Shown: piece after piece, positions 53,701 through 64,000 of the stretch | How positions within the stretch are numbered: position 1 is the first letter of the stretch | Layout: every line of letters begins with the position of its first letter | Origin: Owenia fusiformis | Taxonomy: Eukaryota | Direction: 5' to 3' | DNA: 64,000 nucleotides | NCBI GenBank assembly: GCA_903813345.2 | Contig: CAIIXF020000001.1 | Location: 25,792,001 to 25,856,000, forward strand | The notes under the pieces: model-generated | Database searches by the model: none | Told to the model about the DNA's origin: nothing | What the model saw: only the letters and a program-made list of their open reading frames with translations | Position numbers and translations under genes: made by a program

Positions 53701-56700
53701 TTCATCAACACCACTGCTCTCATCATCTGAGCTTTCTGGAGCTGTCTTATCAGGGTTGTACTCATCACCTGGATATATGTTATCCACATTAGTGAGGGCA
53801 TTCATAGTTCAAGCTACAGATTTCTAACAATAAAATTTCCCTGACCAGACTTGGAAACCAGTGAAAAACTGAAGCAAGTGGCAATAGGCAGCATAATAGT
53901 ACTAATGATCACACCAACACTGTGATTTAAAGGAATAAGAAGAACTTGGACTCAGTGATAAAAGTAACTTTTTTACAAGTTCAAAGTCCAATGTTCAGTT
54001 TAATAATTTATTGTTTCATTGTTTTCAGATGTTGACCTTTGTACATTCCCAGTCTTTATGGAGCATCACTATTTCTATACCTCAATTCCAATCATTACTA
54101 TTTACACAACATGACTTGAATCCCTGTAATTTTGGACACATTGCCAAACATATGCAAAGAATATATTAGTATAGACATGAAGACTTGGACATACCTGATT
54201 CTTCATCCCCAGACTCAATGACAACTTTTCGTTTCTTAGCTGTTGACCTCATTGGTCGACCATTCTTTTTCTTTGGTGTCTTTTTTGGTGTACTTTTGGG
54301 GGACTATAAATATGTAAAGCATTTTAATATAACAACAGTACAGGAAGAGAACCAAATATCAACAACTAGACTGTAATTCATTGGATTATTCATTCTTTTT
54401 TTTTTATCTACACCCATAATCATATGTACCATACTGTACTAATATTTTGTACTATGAATAAAGGACTCAAGGCACACAGTAGACTATCTGTTTGGCAAGC
54501 TGTCTTATATCTTTAAATAAAGTAAGTGAAATTCCAAAAATTTTCAAAAGCTGGGAGGACTTTGGTATTGGTGGTATTGGTGGTATTGGTATTAGTGTAA
54601 AATAGACACTAAGGATAGAATTTACAAGTTTATAATTTACATGCAGTCTAAAGTCTTAAAAGCAATTTCCACTAATACTGATTGATGTGTGGACTGACAG
54701 ATAGATGGACCGATGAATGGACAGACTGAAGGATGAATTCCTAGTCTCTCATAGGCTCACTGTATGAGGCAAAAATTCACCCAATTTTCACGAAATGAAA
54801 TATTGAATATAATGAGATACTAAAATCAATATTTTTACAGAATCAAAACTGATTCATTTCCCCAAAATGAATCATTGCTTTGCTGCAGAAATACTCTAGT
54901 TATATCATCTACCTCCTTACCTTCACTTTATCAGATGTAGAGCTGGAGTCCAACTGATGGTTCTCCTTACTATTGTTTCCCTCCTCCTCTTCCCCTACTT
55001 CATCATCAAATATGTCAGCTTAAAAAAGTATGTGTGCGCTACATCAGCCAATCATAATTATGGTCTACATTAATTTACACATTAACGGGAATAAGTACAT
55101 GATTGTATGTATATGATTGTATGTTTGTTTATGTATGTATGCAGAGCAATTGTGAAGTGATTTAAGAACAAATCTGAAATACTGTACCCTATATTGATTA
55201 ATTAGAGTACATGAACATGTAAAAAAGACACAATTCAAACAATTATACGCTTGGGTAAACCAAATGCCTATCTCAATCCCCAGTACAATTTATGTATAGT
55301 TATGTATAGAAATGAGTCAATGAGACTTAATCGTACCATTAAAATCCATCTTTTCACAATGGACTGGTTCATCCTCCTCAGATGAGGATTCCAGCTCCAT
55401 GACAAGCATCATCCTATCTTCATGAGACATGGACATTGCTTTGTCAGCCTCTGCAGCAAACTTCTGACACTTAGCATCATAAGTGTGGTATTTACCTCCA
55501 CGTTGGAAACTATGGTCATCTGATCCAAGAAATTTATCCACAAATCTTTAAAAAAAGAATTTTGATAATTTTTAACATGTATGTCTAAAATTTTTAAGTT
55601 CTACACTACACATTCATATCACTACATTTTAATTTTAATTAAATAGAAATATTTTTAATACTAAATACATATAAAATTATTACAATCACAGTATACAGTT
55701 ATGGAAAAGCACATATCCAAAATCAAATACTTTTTTATATCTGCCTATTACCTTCAGAAATTAATGAATTTCAGTTTTAGTAGAGGTGTACAACATACGC
55801 AGTTTACATCACAGAAGATGCTATGTTCCCTAAATGTGGTATTAACCTTTTAATAGTGCTCTAAATGTAAACTTATACTTAAAATGCAAATACCTTACCT
55901 TGTTTTAAGCCAGGCCCGAGAGATTGGGTCGTCAAAGAACTGCAAATGAACCTCTGGTTTCTTTCCAAGCTTGTAGTATTTACCAGATGGACTTTTGCAC
56001 ACAAGGGCTGGCCACCAAGGGTAGCCATCTAGCTTGCCCCATACTATATCACACTCTTTGAACTCTGGAATATAAATAAATCTGTATCATATCAGCAGAG
56101 ACATATAAAACAATTTTGTTGTTTTGTTTTGTTTTTTGTCTCCGATATCAGTTAAGTATTTGTTTCTGGGAATAACATCTACATATAATTTTCATATATA
56201 ATTTTCATATCCTAAATCGTATAAACATTCACTACAAACATTGTATTATGTTAAAACTCCAGGTTTTGTTTCTTAATTTCTAATTGATATAATTTTAACC
56301 CTCATATTCCATATTTTTCACCCATATCCCATCTTTCAAACAAAGCCATATTCCCTCCCTACAAACATATAATATACAACCAAATTGCATACAGGTACAT
56401 GTTCGCTCACACGCATTAGAACCTATTTTGAGTTTTTATACAGTTTTTTTGGAATAAATATATAAACCAGATTCACTTTTTCCATTTGCTAGATTTATAT
56501 ATTAGATTTATCTATTTTGTGATGCATGTGCAAAAGTTAATAAAAGTAAATTCACGCTCTAGGCAGCAATTTCACACAGGAATAGCCTGACAACGGTAAA
56601 GTCAAATCCCGGGAGTCAAATAGCGTGACATAACTGTCACTTCAACTGTTTAATCACTTGGTCCTGATTTCATGGGATTTTATCGTCGCTAATTCTGTGC

Positions 56701-58294
56701 ATGTATTAAGCTCTTGTGATAATCTATCATATGAAATCCCATTTTCGATCAAATTGGGTCGTGCATCGCCACAATATAGGTTCTTCGATATCGTCAATGA
56801 CAACTGAATCTGAATTTGAGTAATTTAGAAAGACAACGGCACATGGTAATAACAGTGTCCGTTGTCCCATATCTCATTTTGATTGGTTAAATTAAAGACT
56901 TTATTTCGATGGTAGAACATCATTAACTGTACAATGAGTATTAAGACACTTTGATTGATTGTTGTTCCAAAGGAATTTAGTCTATACTCTAAAAACCCTG
57001 GTGTTCGACAATCAAGAAAATCTATTTATTCTCTCATTTGGCCTTATTCTTAAGTATTCCCTGCATGTATAATAAGTTTGGCCGATGCCTTATCTAGCGC
57101 CACCTACCTTTTGCCAGTTAATCACAGGAGATTGAATCGAATATAAGTAGGCTGAATGATTTAGAAGGAATACATGAACTTTTTCAGAAAATGGATTTTT
57201 TGATCATCGAACAGCATACTTTTTAGAGTACAGGTGCTCTATTAAACATACAGTTCATGAAAATCTAATTGAAGCGATGGTTTTGTCCGCAATTTGTGAC
57301 AACGGCATCTGACTTTACCGTTGTCAGGCTATTCCGGGGTTAATTTTGAATTTAGTGAGGCACGATTCAGAAAAACAATACCATAAATATGATCTAAAGT
57401 GGGGGACAAAAATAAATCTCAACCCTCAAAAGTTGTCACAATGAGCTAAATTCTAAGTTTCATGTCTCAAACTCTCCCAAGTGGTAGAAAAATAATTCCC
57501 ATCCACTTTAAGTAGCACAATAAATGAATCCAAAGCCTCATACCTGCAAATGATGGATAAATCCCTACCAAATCGGACTAATGTTTTCATGAATCGCCAT
57601 GTTTGTGATCCAAGGAGGATTGACTCCCAGAATGCAACATCAAGTAACCTTATTTATTCGTGGCGTATTTCAAAACGGCGGAATGGCATTTTGAAAGCTG
57701 ACACGTGTCATGTTGCATTCTGGGACCCAACCCACATTGCGGCGTAATCTGGCTCCAAAATCACCTCAACATTTGAAGAGTCGGCATTAACATGTGAATT
57801 CCACATCAAATTTTTAAGTTCTAATTTGTCATTATGGACACAAATTCCACTATATCTGGACTTACTATGACGGAGAAAATAGAGCACTGAATACACTGAG
57901 GTAAGAATTTATTACATATGCGACAACATGTAATTTCCATAGGTTTTGTAATTCTTTATGCCCCCCACTGTACTCTAAAAGTCGTCGATGTAACCTAGCA
58001 GGAGGGATGACATAGAACAAACTGCTAAGTAGACACACGGTAACATTTCATTATTTCGTTATTATCACCATATGAACTTATTCCGAAAATAAGTGTTTTG
58101 ATTCTACCTGAGGTTTCTGAACCATCATCCTTTGGAGTTTTTCCAGCAGGCACAGGATTGTTTTCTTTGATCAAGTCATCATTACTATTTTTTGCATTCA
58201 ATACATTCGATTTATTGTCACCAGAAATATTCTCTGTTTTGCTCGGCGTAGGCACTTTCTTAAAGTAAGAGAATAGTGTGTTTACTTTAGGCAT
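38734..58294 (-). CDS. MSH6: DNA mismatch repair protein MSH6 (MutS alpha subunit), 30 coding exons, ~1395 aa
   Basis: Exons (minus): 58108-58294, 55899-56064, 55337-55545, 54921-55018, 54195-54303, 53653-53768, 52825-53073, 51232-51314, 50730-50817, 50180-50314, 49609-49744, 49257-49399, 48856-49002, 48035-48245, 47174-47243, 46755-46890, 46345-46447, 45569-45731, 45089-45169, 44830-44925, 44360-44456, 43936-44091, 43113-43342, 42584-42815, 42335-42463, 40866-40953, 39605-39849, 39302-39436, 39004-39071, 38734-38815. Total 4188 nt. Motifs: PIP-like TLFSYF, PWWP (GYPWWP), HPDYDPRTL, mismatch-binding [15 protein letters not shown], Walker [35 protein letters not shown]. Confidence 0.97.
39898..40735 (-). 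mobile_element. 3' fragment of a non-LTR retrotransposon (post-RT region with CCHC zinc finger) in an MSH6 intron
   Basis: ORF 40152-40802 contains [35 protein letters not shown]...HMLIDC. The 3' end is GAATAAAAGA followed by a (TACA)n tail. Clade not determined. Confidence 0.7.
40992..42161 (+). mobile_element. Helentron-type (HINE/pearl-like) element with tandem core repeats and GACG microsatellite
   Basis: Subterminal IR ATCCCATCGAAC (41021-41032) / GTTCGATGGGAT (42147-42158), 3' hairpin, about 4 tandem ~130-140-bp cores, and (GGAC)n at ~42052-42118. Confidence 0.8.
43707..43807. repeat. 101-bp near-perfect palindrome with a C(TTCG)G-capped centre
   Basis: AATAACGTCATTTCT..GCAATATAGTGAAATATTGGACC - GGGCCTTCGGCTCTC - GGTCCAATATTTCACTATATTGC..AGAAATGACGTTATT. 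Confidence 0.8.
45371..45533. mobile_element. Short Tc1/mariner-type MITE
   Basis: TA|CCGGGTGTCCCAAAAAATTGTACT ... AGTACAATTTTGAGACACCCTG|TA. Confidence 0.75.
47275..47898. mobile_element. Tc1/mariner-type MITE, followed by a 42-bp mini-element at 47905-47946
   Basis: TIR CAGGGTGGGCCAAAAAAACGCCACTTTT / AAAAGTGGCGTTTTTTTGGCCCACCCTG with TA TSD. Confidence 0.88.
48619..48817. mobile_element. hAT-like MITE with 5-bp TSD
   Basis: CAGGCCCGTAGCCA ... TGGCTATGGGCCTG, with ATACA on both sides. A related copy starts at 62913. Confidence 0.75.
51462..52751 (+). mobile_element. Second full copy of the HINE family at 40992
   Basis: Identical 5' end AGAACAACGGCAACGCCAAAGCGTAGCGAATCCCATCGAAC and identical 3' hairpin. 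The number and arrangement of tandem cores differ. Confidence 0.82.
56579..57335. mobile_element. MITE with ~29-bp TIR in MSH6 intron 1
   Basis: GGAATAGCCTGACAACGGTAAAGTCAAAT / ATCTGACTTTACCGTTGTCAGGCTATTCC. TSD and superfamily unresolved. Confidence 0.7.
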
Positions 58295-58339
58295 ATTTTC
58301 TTGATTTTGTTGATTTTTCAGATGTCAACAAATCAACAT

Positions 58340-58640
58340 GTGCAATGGCGGCTCCATAAAATAGAATCGTCTCCATGAGGGGGTATAAAATTGTTTTCGT
58401 ATTAAAAGATCACATTATATTCAGAGTTTTGAGTTATGTGAAATTGACCGGTATTTCACTTATTCAAAATGGAAGATCATGATTAATCCGTCATTATTTT
58501 ATTTCGAATTAAGCTGAGTGAAGTTATTAAATGAAAAGCTTCCACCCCTATTGAGTGATATTTGAAGCCTATCTCTAATTTCGCGGGAAATTTTAAGAGG
58601 ATGTTCAAGGTCATACAACATTTTCAACCAATCAAATATC
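58340..58640 (-). promoter_or_regulatory. Putative MSH6 promoter with E2F, CHR, CCAAT and YY1-like motifs
   Basis: Overlapping E2F sites TTTCGCGGGAAA (58579-58590), TTTGAA (58561-58566), CCAAT (~58629) and AATGGCGG (~58344), all within 350 bp of the ATG. Confidence 0.5.
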
Positions 58641-58923
58641 GGTCTCAGTCCAGCCCACCAGAGTACAACAACAAGCTTGACTCCTTTTTGATTGAAGGTA
58701 AGATCTGAATGTGTTATTCTGCATCTTTCGCTTCGTAATTGACATAGACAGTAATTAGGTCTCAGTCATCATTATCATCGGTTTCAGGAGTATAAGGCTG
58801 GGTGCTTGTGTGTTCCTCCCTTTCAAATATAGATCAATTAATCGTGCTACTTTGGTAGATCTATTTTATTTCCCAAAGTTGCTGTTTTGTAGCCTAACAA
58901 TGTTGTTACAGCATGACAAAACT

Positions 58924-59109
58924 TAGTCATATAAATCTGACCCTCGTATGATGTTATTTGTTGTTATTTTTTCCGATTTGGATATTTATTTTTTCTTATT
59001 TTCTTGCATACTAGGGTCGTATATGCTAAGAAAATGATAAAAAATAAATATCCAAATAGGAACAAGGAATATCGAAGAACAGCATACAACGGTCGGATTT
59101 ATATGACTA
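58924..59109. mobile_element. 186-bp palindromic MITE with 9-bp TSD (AcademH- or Mutator-type)
   Basis: TAGTCATATAAATC...GATTTATATGACTA, arms ~85 bp, TSD GACAAAACT (58915-58923, 59110-59118). Confidence 0.8.
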
Positions 59110-59139
59110 GACAAAACTAGACTGAACTGGTATTTGACA

Positions 59140-60297
59140 AACAAACCTAATTTGCCTTGAATTCATCTAGTGTCAGAGACAGCTATTTCTGGGAGGTTGT
59201 TCCAGTCGTTGATGACACGCTGGCTAAAGAATCCTTGTCTTAGGGCAGTACTTGTTCTGTTCTTGTAGAATTTCAGGTTGTTGTAGCCTCTGGTGGTGTT
59301 GTGGTTCAGTGTGAAAAACTGTGAGTGATCTATGTTGTCAATGAAGTTCATCAGTTTCTATACATGGATCAGGTCTCCCTTGTTCCTTCTGTAGTCCATC
59401 GAGAAGAGGTTTAGCTGTTTGAGCCTCTCAGTGTATGGCAGTTCAGACATATTGGTTATCATTTTGGTGGCTCTTCTTTGGATCTACTATATTTTGTTTA
59501 TGTCCATATTATATCTTGGGCTCCAAGCAACAGTACAGTATTCAAGGTGGGGGCGGACAAGAGTCTTGGAAAGGGGGAGAAGGATGTCTGGGTCTTTATT
59601 GGAGAATGTCCTCTTGATGGATCCTAGGATTTTGTTGGCCTTGTTGGTGCAGTTAGAGACATGATCATGGAATTTCAGCTCAGTATCTATTGTAACACCA
59701 AGGTCGCATTCTTCCGTATCTTCTTGTAGTGGAACTTGATTTTCGAGTAGTGTCAGTTGTTGTTTTTCCCTAGATGTAGGACCTTGCATTTACTGGTGTT
59801 GAACTTAAGCAGCCAATCGTTGGACCATCGCAACAAGTGCGTCTATATCTGATTGAAGCTGCTGGATATCAGGTTCTCTGAGAATTGCATTATACAGTTT
59901 GGTGTCGTCTGCAAATATTTTGACAGTGGATAACACATGATCAGGTAGGTGGTTGATGTATATTATGAATGCCAGTGGTCCAAAGCTGGTTCCCTGAAGG
60001 ATGTCACTCATCACTTTGGTCCAGCCTGATACACAGTCATTGACTTTGACTGGTTGCCTTCTGTTTGTAAGGAATGCAGTGAGCCACTTCAAGAGGTCAC
60101 CTTTGAAGCCGTAACTGCTTAGTTTGTCGATCAGTCTTTTGTGCGGTATGCTGTCAATCACCTGGGAAAACTCAAAATAGATGACGTCTATTGTCTCACC
60201 CGAGTCGAGTAAACTGGTCCAGTCCTCTAGCACAGTTAGGAGTTGAGAGCGGCCAGGCACAAACCTGTGATGGACGTCTGTTATGAGGTTGTGACTG
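59140..60297 (-). mobile_element. CR1/L2-group LINE fragment, degenerate reverse transcriptase
   Basis: Frameshifted ORFs: QLLTVLEDWT..IDVIYFEFSQVIDSIPHKRL, QGTSFGPLAFIIYIN, IFADDTKLY, DLGVTID..L.F..H, LVRPHLEYC..WSP, FFSQRVINDWNNLP. Confidence 0.9.
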
Positions 60298-60967
60298 GGC
60301 GAAGACAGCTATTTCTGGGAGGTTGATGATGTCAAATGGATAATACACATCTTTATCATGATTTTTGAGATTTGGCAGTCAAACAGGCCTGAGATAACAC
60401 CCGAAAGGATCTAGAAAAGCATATTTCATACCTCAATCATTTGTAGTGTTATCTTATGGCAAGATAATACTGCAAATGTAAGCACTGCAAAATTAGTAAA
60501 ATGATCCGTGCTTCACCTTCTGACCAATCACATTGCGGGACGCATGCGCAGTATCCATGTAGAAATGAAATTCTACATGGATCTTTTGTAGCCTGATATT
60601 TCTTCCAACAACCCTGACCCTTTGGCAAAAGGTAAATGTGGTAATGTGGTTGTATATGGCTTGTTTAACATCATTTCAAATGTGGTATTCTTGAATTTGT
60701 TGAGTTCCTTATACACATATGTTATAACTTAAAAGCTATCTGTCCTATCAAACAGCAGTCAGTACCATAATCAAACTGCCCCCATAAATGTGAGGGATGA
60801 TTTCTATACCTACATGTATAATGTATATAGGCTAGTTGAATTTACATTCAGATTTGTTGGGTCAAATGTCAAAAATAAGAAACGCAAACCAATCACATAC
60901 ATTTATTTATTTACATGTACAGTAACATGTATGTTATATTGCAGATTCTCCTGAGAAAACAAACAAG

Positions 60968-63900
60968 ATGGCTTGTCCTGATGCAAATGGACTTCTTACA
61001 ATTCAGAACTTTATTAATGGAGATTTTGTGCCATCTAAACAACACATCGACAGCTATGACCCATCAACTGGGAAAGTCTATGCAAAAATTCCAGAATCTT
61101 CCAAAGAAGAAGTGGATGCAGCGGCTCAAGCTGCAAAAAGAGCATTCCCTTTGTAGGTTTTATAAGATTAAACAGTTGTAAAAAATTCAACAAACATTTT
61201 CTTTGATGAACGATAAACTAGTGTAGCTATATTTATCATAGGGATCAATTAGATATTACAAAATATTTACAAGTTGCACATGATACAGGAACCAAGTTTA
61301 TAACTTTTTTATGACATGACATGATAGAAATCAGAAGCTAAATTTTTTTTGAATGTTTGGCACACTTTAACTGCATGTACAGTATTAAGTACATATCCTC
61401 TATACTGTTTGTATTGACTTGTAGCCCCATACATTTAGTACTATAAAAGGAAAAAGGTCCTTGTAAAGTATAACATCAATCAAAAGAATTTAAATTTTAA
61501 GTGAACTGTTGTAAGACATTAAGAACAGAGGATTATCATTTGCTAATTTTCTAGATGGTCCCTCACAGAAGCTAAGGAAAGATGTAGAATTATGATCAAG
61601 ATAGCTGACATCCTCGAGTCACGTCTGGCAGAGTTTGCAGCTGCAGAGTCCAAAGACCAAGGCAAGACAATCGCCACAGCAACCATAGTTGATATTCCCA
61701 GAGCTGTCCATAATATGAGATTCTTTGCAACTACAATCCTGCATGATGTCAATACGTAAGTGTTTCTCAGTGAAAACAAAAATACCAGTCAAGCTTGACT
61801 GAGTAAAGTGAGTATGCAAACTAAGCTTGATTTGCGAATACAACTAATGCCTGTCGGCTACCAGATTAACCTACTATTTTATTGGAAATTCATTTAAATA
61901 TGGATAGTACATGCCACTATTCCGTTCATATTTAAATGAGTTGGTCTTAAAATGCTAGGTTAATCCGGTAGCTGACAGGCATTCGCGAATACAAGGTTAG
62001 ATACAGAGGCAATGGGCAAATGGCGCATAACAACCTATTTGCTCATCTGGGTAAGATTTACAATTTAGGATATCTGGAGTCGTTGAGACAAGTGTGACCA
62101 GAACAATAAAGTTCTGTGTATATACTTGATGATGATCATGATAAGTCAATTATCAGATGAATGATATAACCCAAAATCGACAGGAAATGAATTCTAAATC
62201 TAGATACTTTATCACAGGTCAAGTACAGTAGATAAACTAGGCATAGTCAACTACACAACGAGGGAGGCTTGTGGTGTTGCAGGGTTGATCAGCCCCTGGA
62301 ACCTTCCTCTTTACCTGCTTACCTTCAAGATTGCCCCAGCTATTGCATGGGGGAACACAGTGGTAGCCAAACCAAGTGAGATGACCTCTGTCACCTCATG
62401 GATGTTTGCTAAAGTATGCAAAGAAGCAGGTTTGTTGAACAGTATATTAGTCAGAAGCTCTGAATTTGTTTTTGCACATAAATAAGTTCTTTGCATGCAA
62501 ACACCTCTCTAAAGTGAACACTTTCAGGCCAACAATTCAGTTGTCCCATTGATTCCCATGTTATCAAAATCCCTCAAGGGTATTTTTCTTTGTTAGCATT
62601 ATACATGTACTATGTTTTACGTTCTCAAAATGTAAACGAGGAAAAAATTCTTGGGAGAACACTACTTGTACCAATCACATTGTTATCTAGGGTTGCCTGA
62701 TGGAGTTCTCAACTTCACATATGGGACTGGTCCAGTGACAGGAGATGCCATTGTATGTCACCCAGACATACATCTTATCTCATTCACTGGAAGCACACTC
62801 ACTGCAGAGAGAATACAATCAGCCAGCTCACCATTCTGTAAGAAACTTTCCCTTGAGGTAGGAAATCTGAAAGTACAACCTTTCATCTCTCATCTAATAT
62901 TTATTCAAAGTTCAGGCCAGTAGCCAGGTGGGGGAGGCGTTGGAGAACAAAAAATCTTTCAAAATCATGCAGTTTTTCACCCTTCAGAGCACTTTTTGAT
63001 TGATTTTGGCCAAGATGTGAAGTTGTGAACCCCCTGGCACTATTTAAAAAGCAAACCCCCTTGGTAAAAGCTGGCTACAGGTCACATTTTTTATATGCTA
63101 TAGTGTATTTAGAGTAAAAGAGATATTTAATTATGGCTGAAATAAATGTGATTGGATCATCAATAAATTATTAAATAAGGCATTTCATTGGCCAAGATGT
63201 GAAGTTGCGAACCCCCTGGCACTATTTGAAAAGCAAACCCCCTTGGTAAAAGCTGGCTACGGGTCACATTTTTTATAAGCTATAGTGTATTTAGAGTAAA
63301 ATAGATATTTAATTGTGGCTGAAACAAATGTGATTGGATCATCAATAAATTATTAAATAAGGCATTTCATTTTCCTTATATATACAGAAAAAAACTAAGA
63401 TGTGAAGTTGCGAACCCCCTGGCACTATTTGAAAAGCAAACCCCCTTGGTAAAAGCTGGCTACGGGTCACATTTTTTATAAGCTATAGTGTATTTAGAGT
63501 AAAATAGATATTTAATTGTGGCTGAAACAAATGTGATTGGATCATCAATAAATTATTAAATAAGGCATTTCATTTTCCTTATATATACAGAAAAAAACTA
63601 ATTGTTAAATTCATATGCACACATATAAAATTTAGAGTTCTTGTTTATTTTTCAAAGCTATTATATTGGAGGGTATGTGATAGTTGTAAAGATGATTTTA
63701 CTAAGAAATGGTGACATGGTGTAACAGTCACTATCTATTTGATTAGCGTTCAGCACCATTGTTACATGTAACAAAGGTTACACTTTTGTAATTGCAACCG
63801 GTGTCTTGAATGTCATTATGAGGAGCCACTTTGCATTTTGTTATAATACATTGATACAGAATATTGATTTCCAGTTAGGAGGGAAGAACCCAGCTGTGAT

Positions 63901-64000
63901 ATTTTCTGACTGTGACTTCAAAAAAGCTGTTGCTACTACAGTCCGCTCAAGTTTTGCAAATCAGGGAGAAATCTGTCTTTGTACCAGTAGAATATTTGTA
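60968..64000 (+). CDS. ALDH8A1: Aldehyde dehydrogenase family 8 A1 (2-aminomuconic semialdehyde dehydrogenase), 5' part; continues beyond the window
   Basis: Exons 60968-61152, 61555-61755, 62218-62429, 62691-62857, 63875->64000. Motifs: ESKDQGKT, DIPRAV.N.RFFA, ISPWNLPLYLLTFKIAPAIA.GNTVVAKPSEMTSVT, ISFTGST, KLSLELGGKNP, RSSFANQGEICLCTSRIFV. A likely 5' UTR exon ends at ~60631. Confidence 0.93.
61847..61983. repeat. ~137-bp palindromic repeat in an ALDH8A1 intron
   Basis: AATGCCTGTCGGCTACCAGATTAACCTA...TAGGTTAATCCGGTAGCTGACAGGCATT, flanked by direct GCGAATACAA. Confidence 0.65.
63006..63600 (+). repeat. Three tandem ~180-210-bp copies that include the right end of a hAT-like MITE
   Basis: AAGATGTGAAGTTG.GAACCCCCTGGCAC...GCTGGCTAC.GGTC...GGCATTTCATT repeated at ~63011, ~63194 and ~63398. 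The MITE left end CAGGCCAGTAGCCAGG is at 62913. Confidence 0.85.

Noticed and set aside
38734-58294. MSH2, MSH3 or bacterial mutS identity
   Set aside because: [11 protein letters not shown] and [11 protein letters not shown] are MSH6-type features, and the gene has spliceosomal introns.

Overview
AT-rich, intron-rich animal genomic DNA. It is probably a marine invertebrate such as a mollusc or other lophotrochozoan, inferred only from the repeat types. Four spliced genes were reconstructed by hand from GT-AG boundaries with phase continuity: RAD21 cohesin kleisin (minus, 11 coding exons, ~642 aa); an unannotated coiled-coil gene with the motif order of fungal Bfr1 / plant proton-pump-interactor proteins (plus, 11 exons, ~651 aa, head-to-head with RAD21); MSH6 with PIP box and PWWP domain (minus, 30 exons, ~1395 aa); and the 5' part of ALDH8A1 (plus, truncated by the window end). 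The rest is dense in mobile DNA: a hATm-derived foldback, a 5-kb AcademX relic with ~750-bp TIRs and nested MITEs, hAT-like MITEs with 8-, 6- and 5-bp TSDs, Tc1/mariner MITEs, Helentron-type (HINE/pearl-like) elements with internal tandem arrays, two LINE fragments and minisatellites. The best leads are the apparent metazoan Bfr1/PPI homologue and several hAT MITEs whose interiors look like captured housekeeping promoter plus first-exon cassettes. All family assignments come from recalled motifs and structure; no database search was run.
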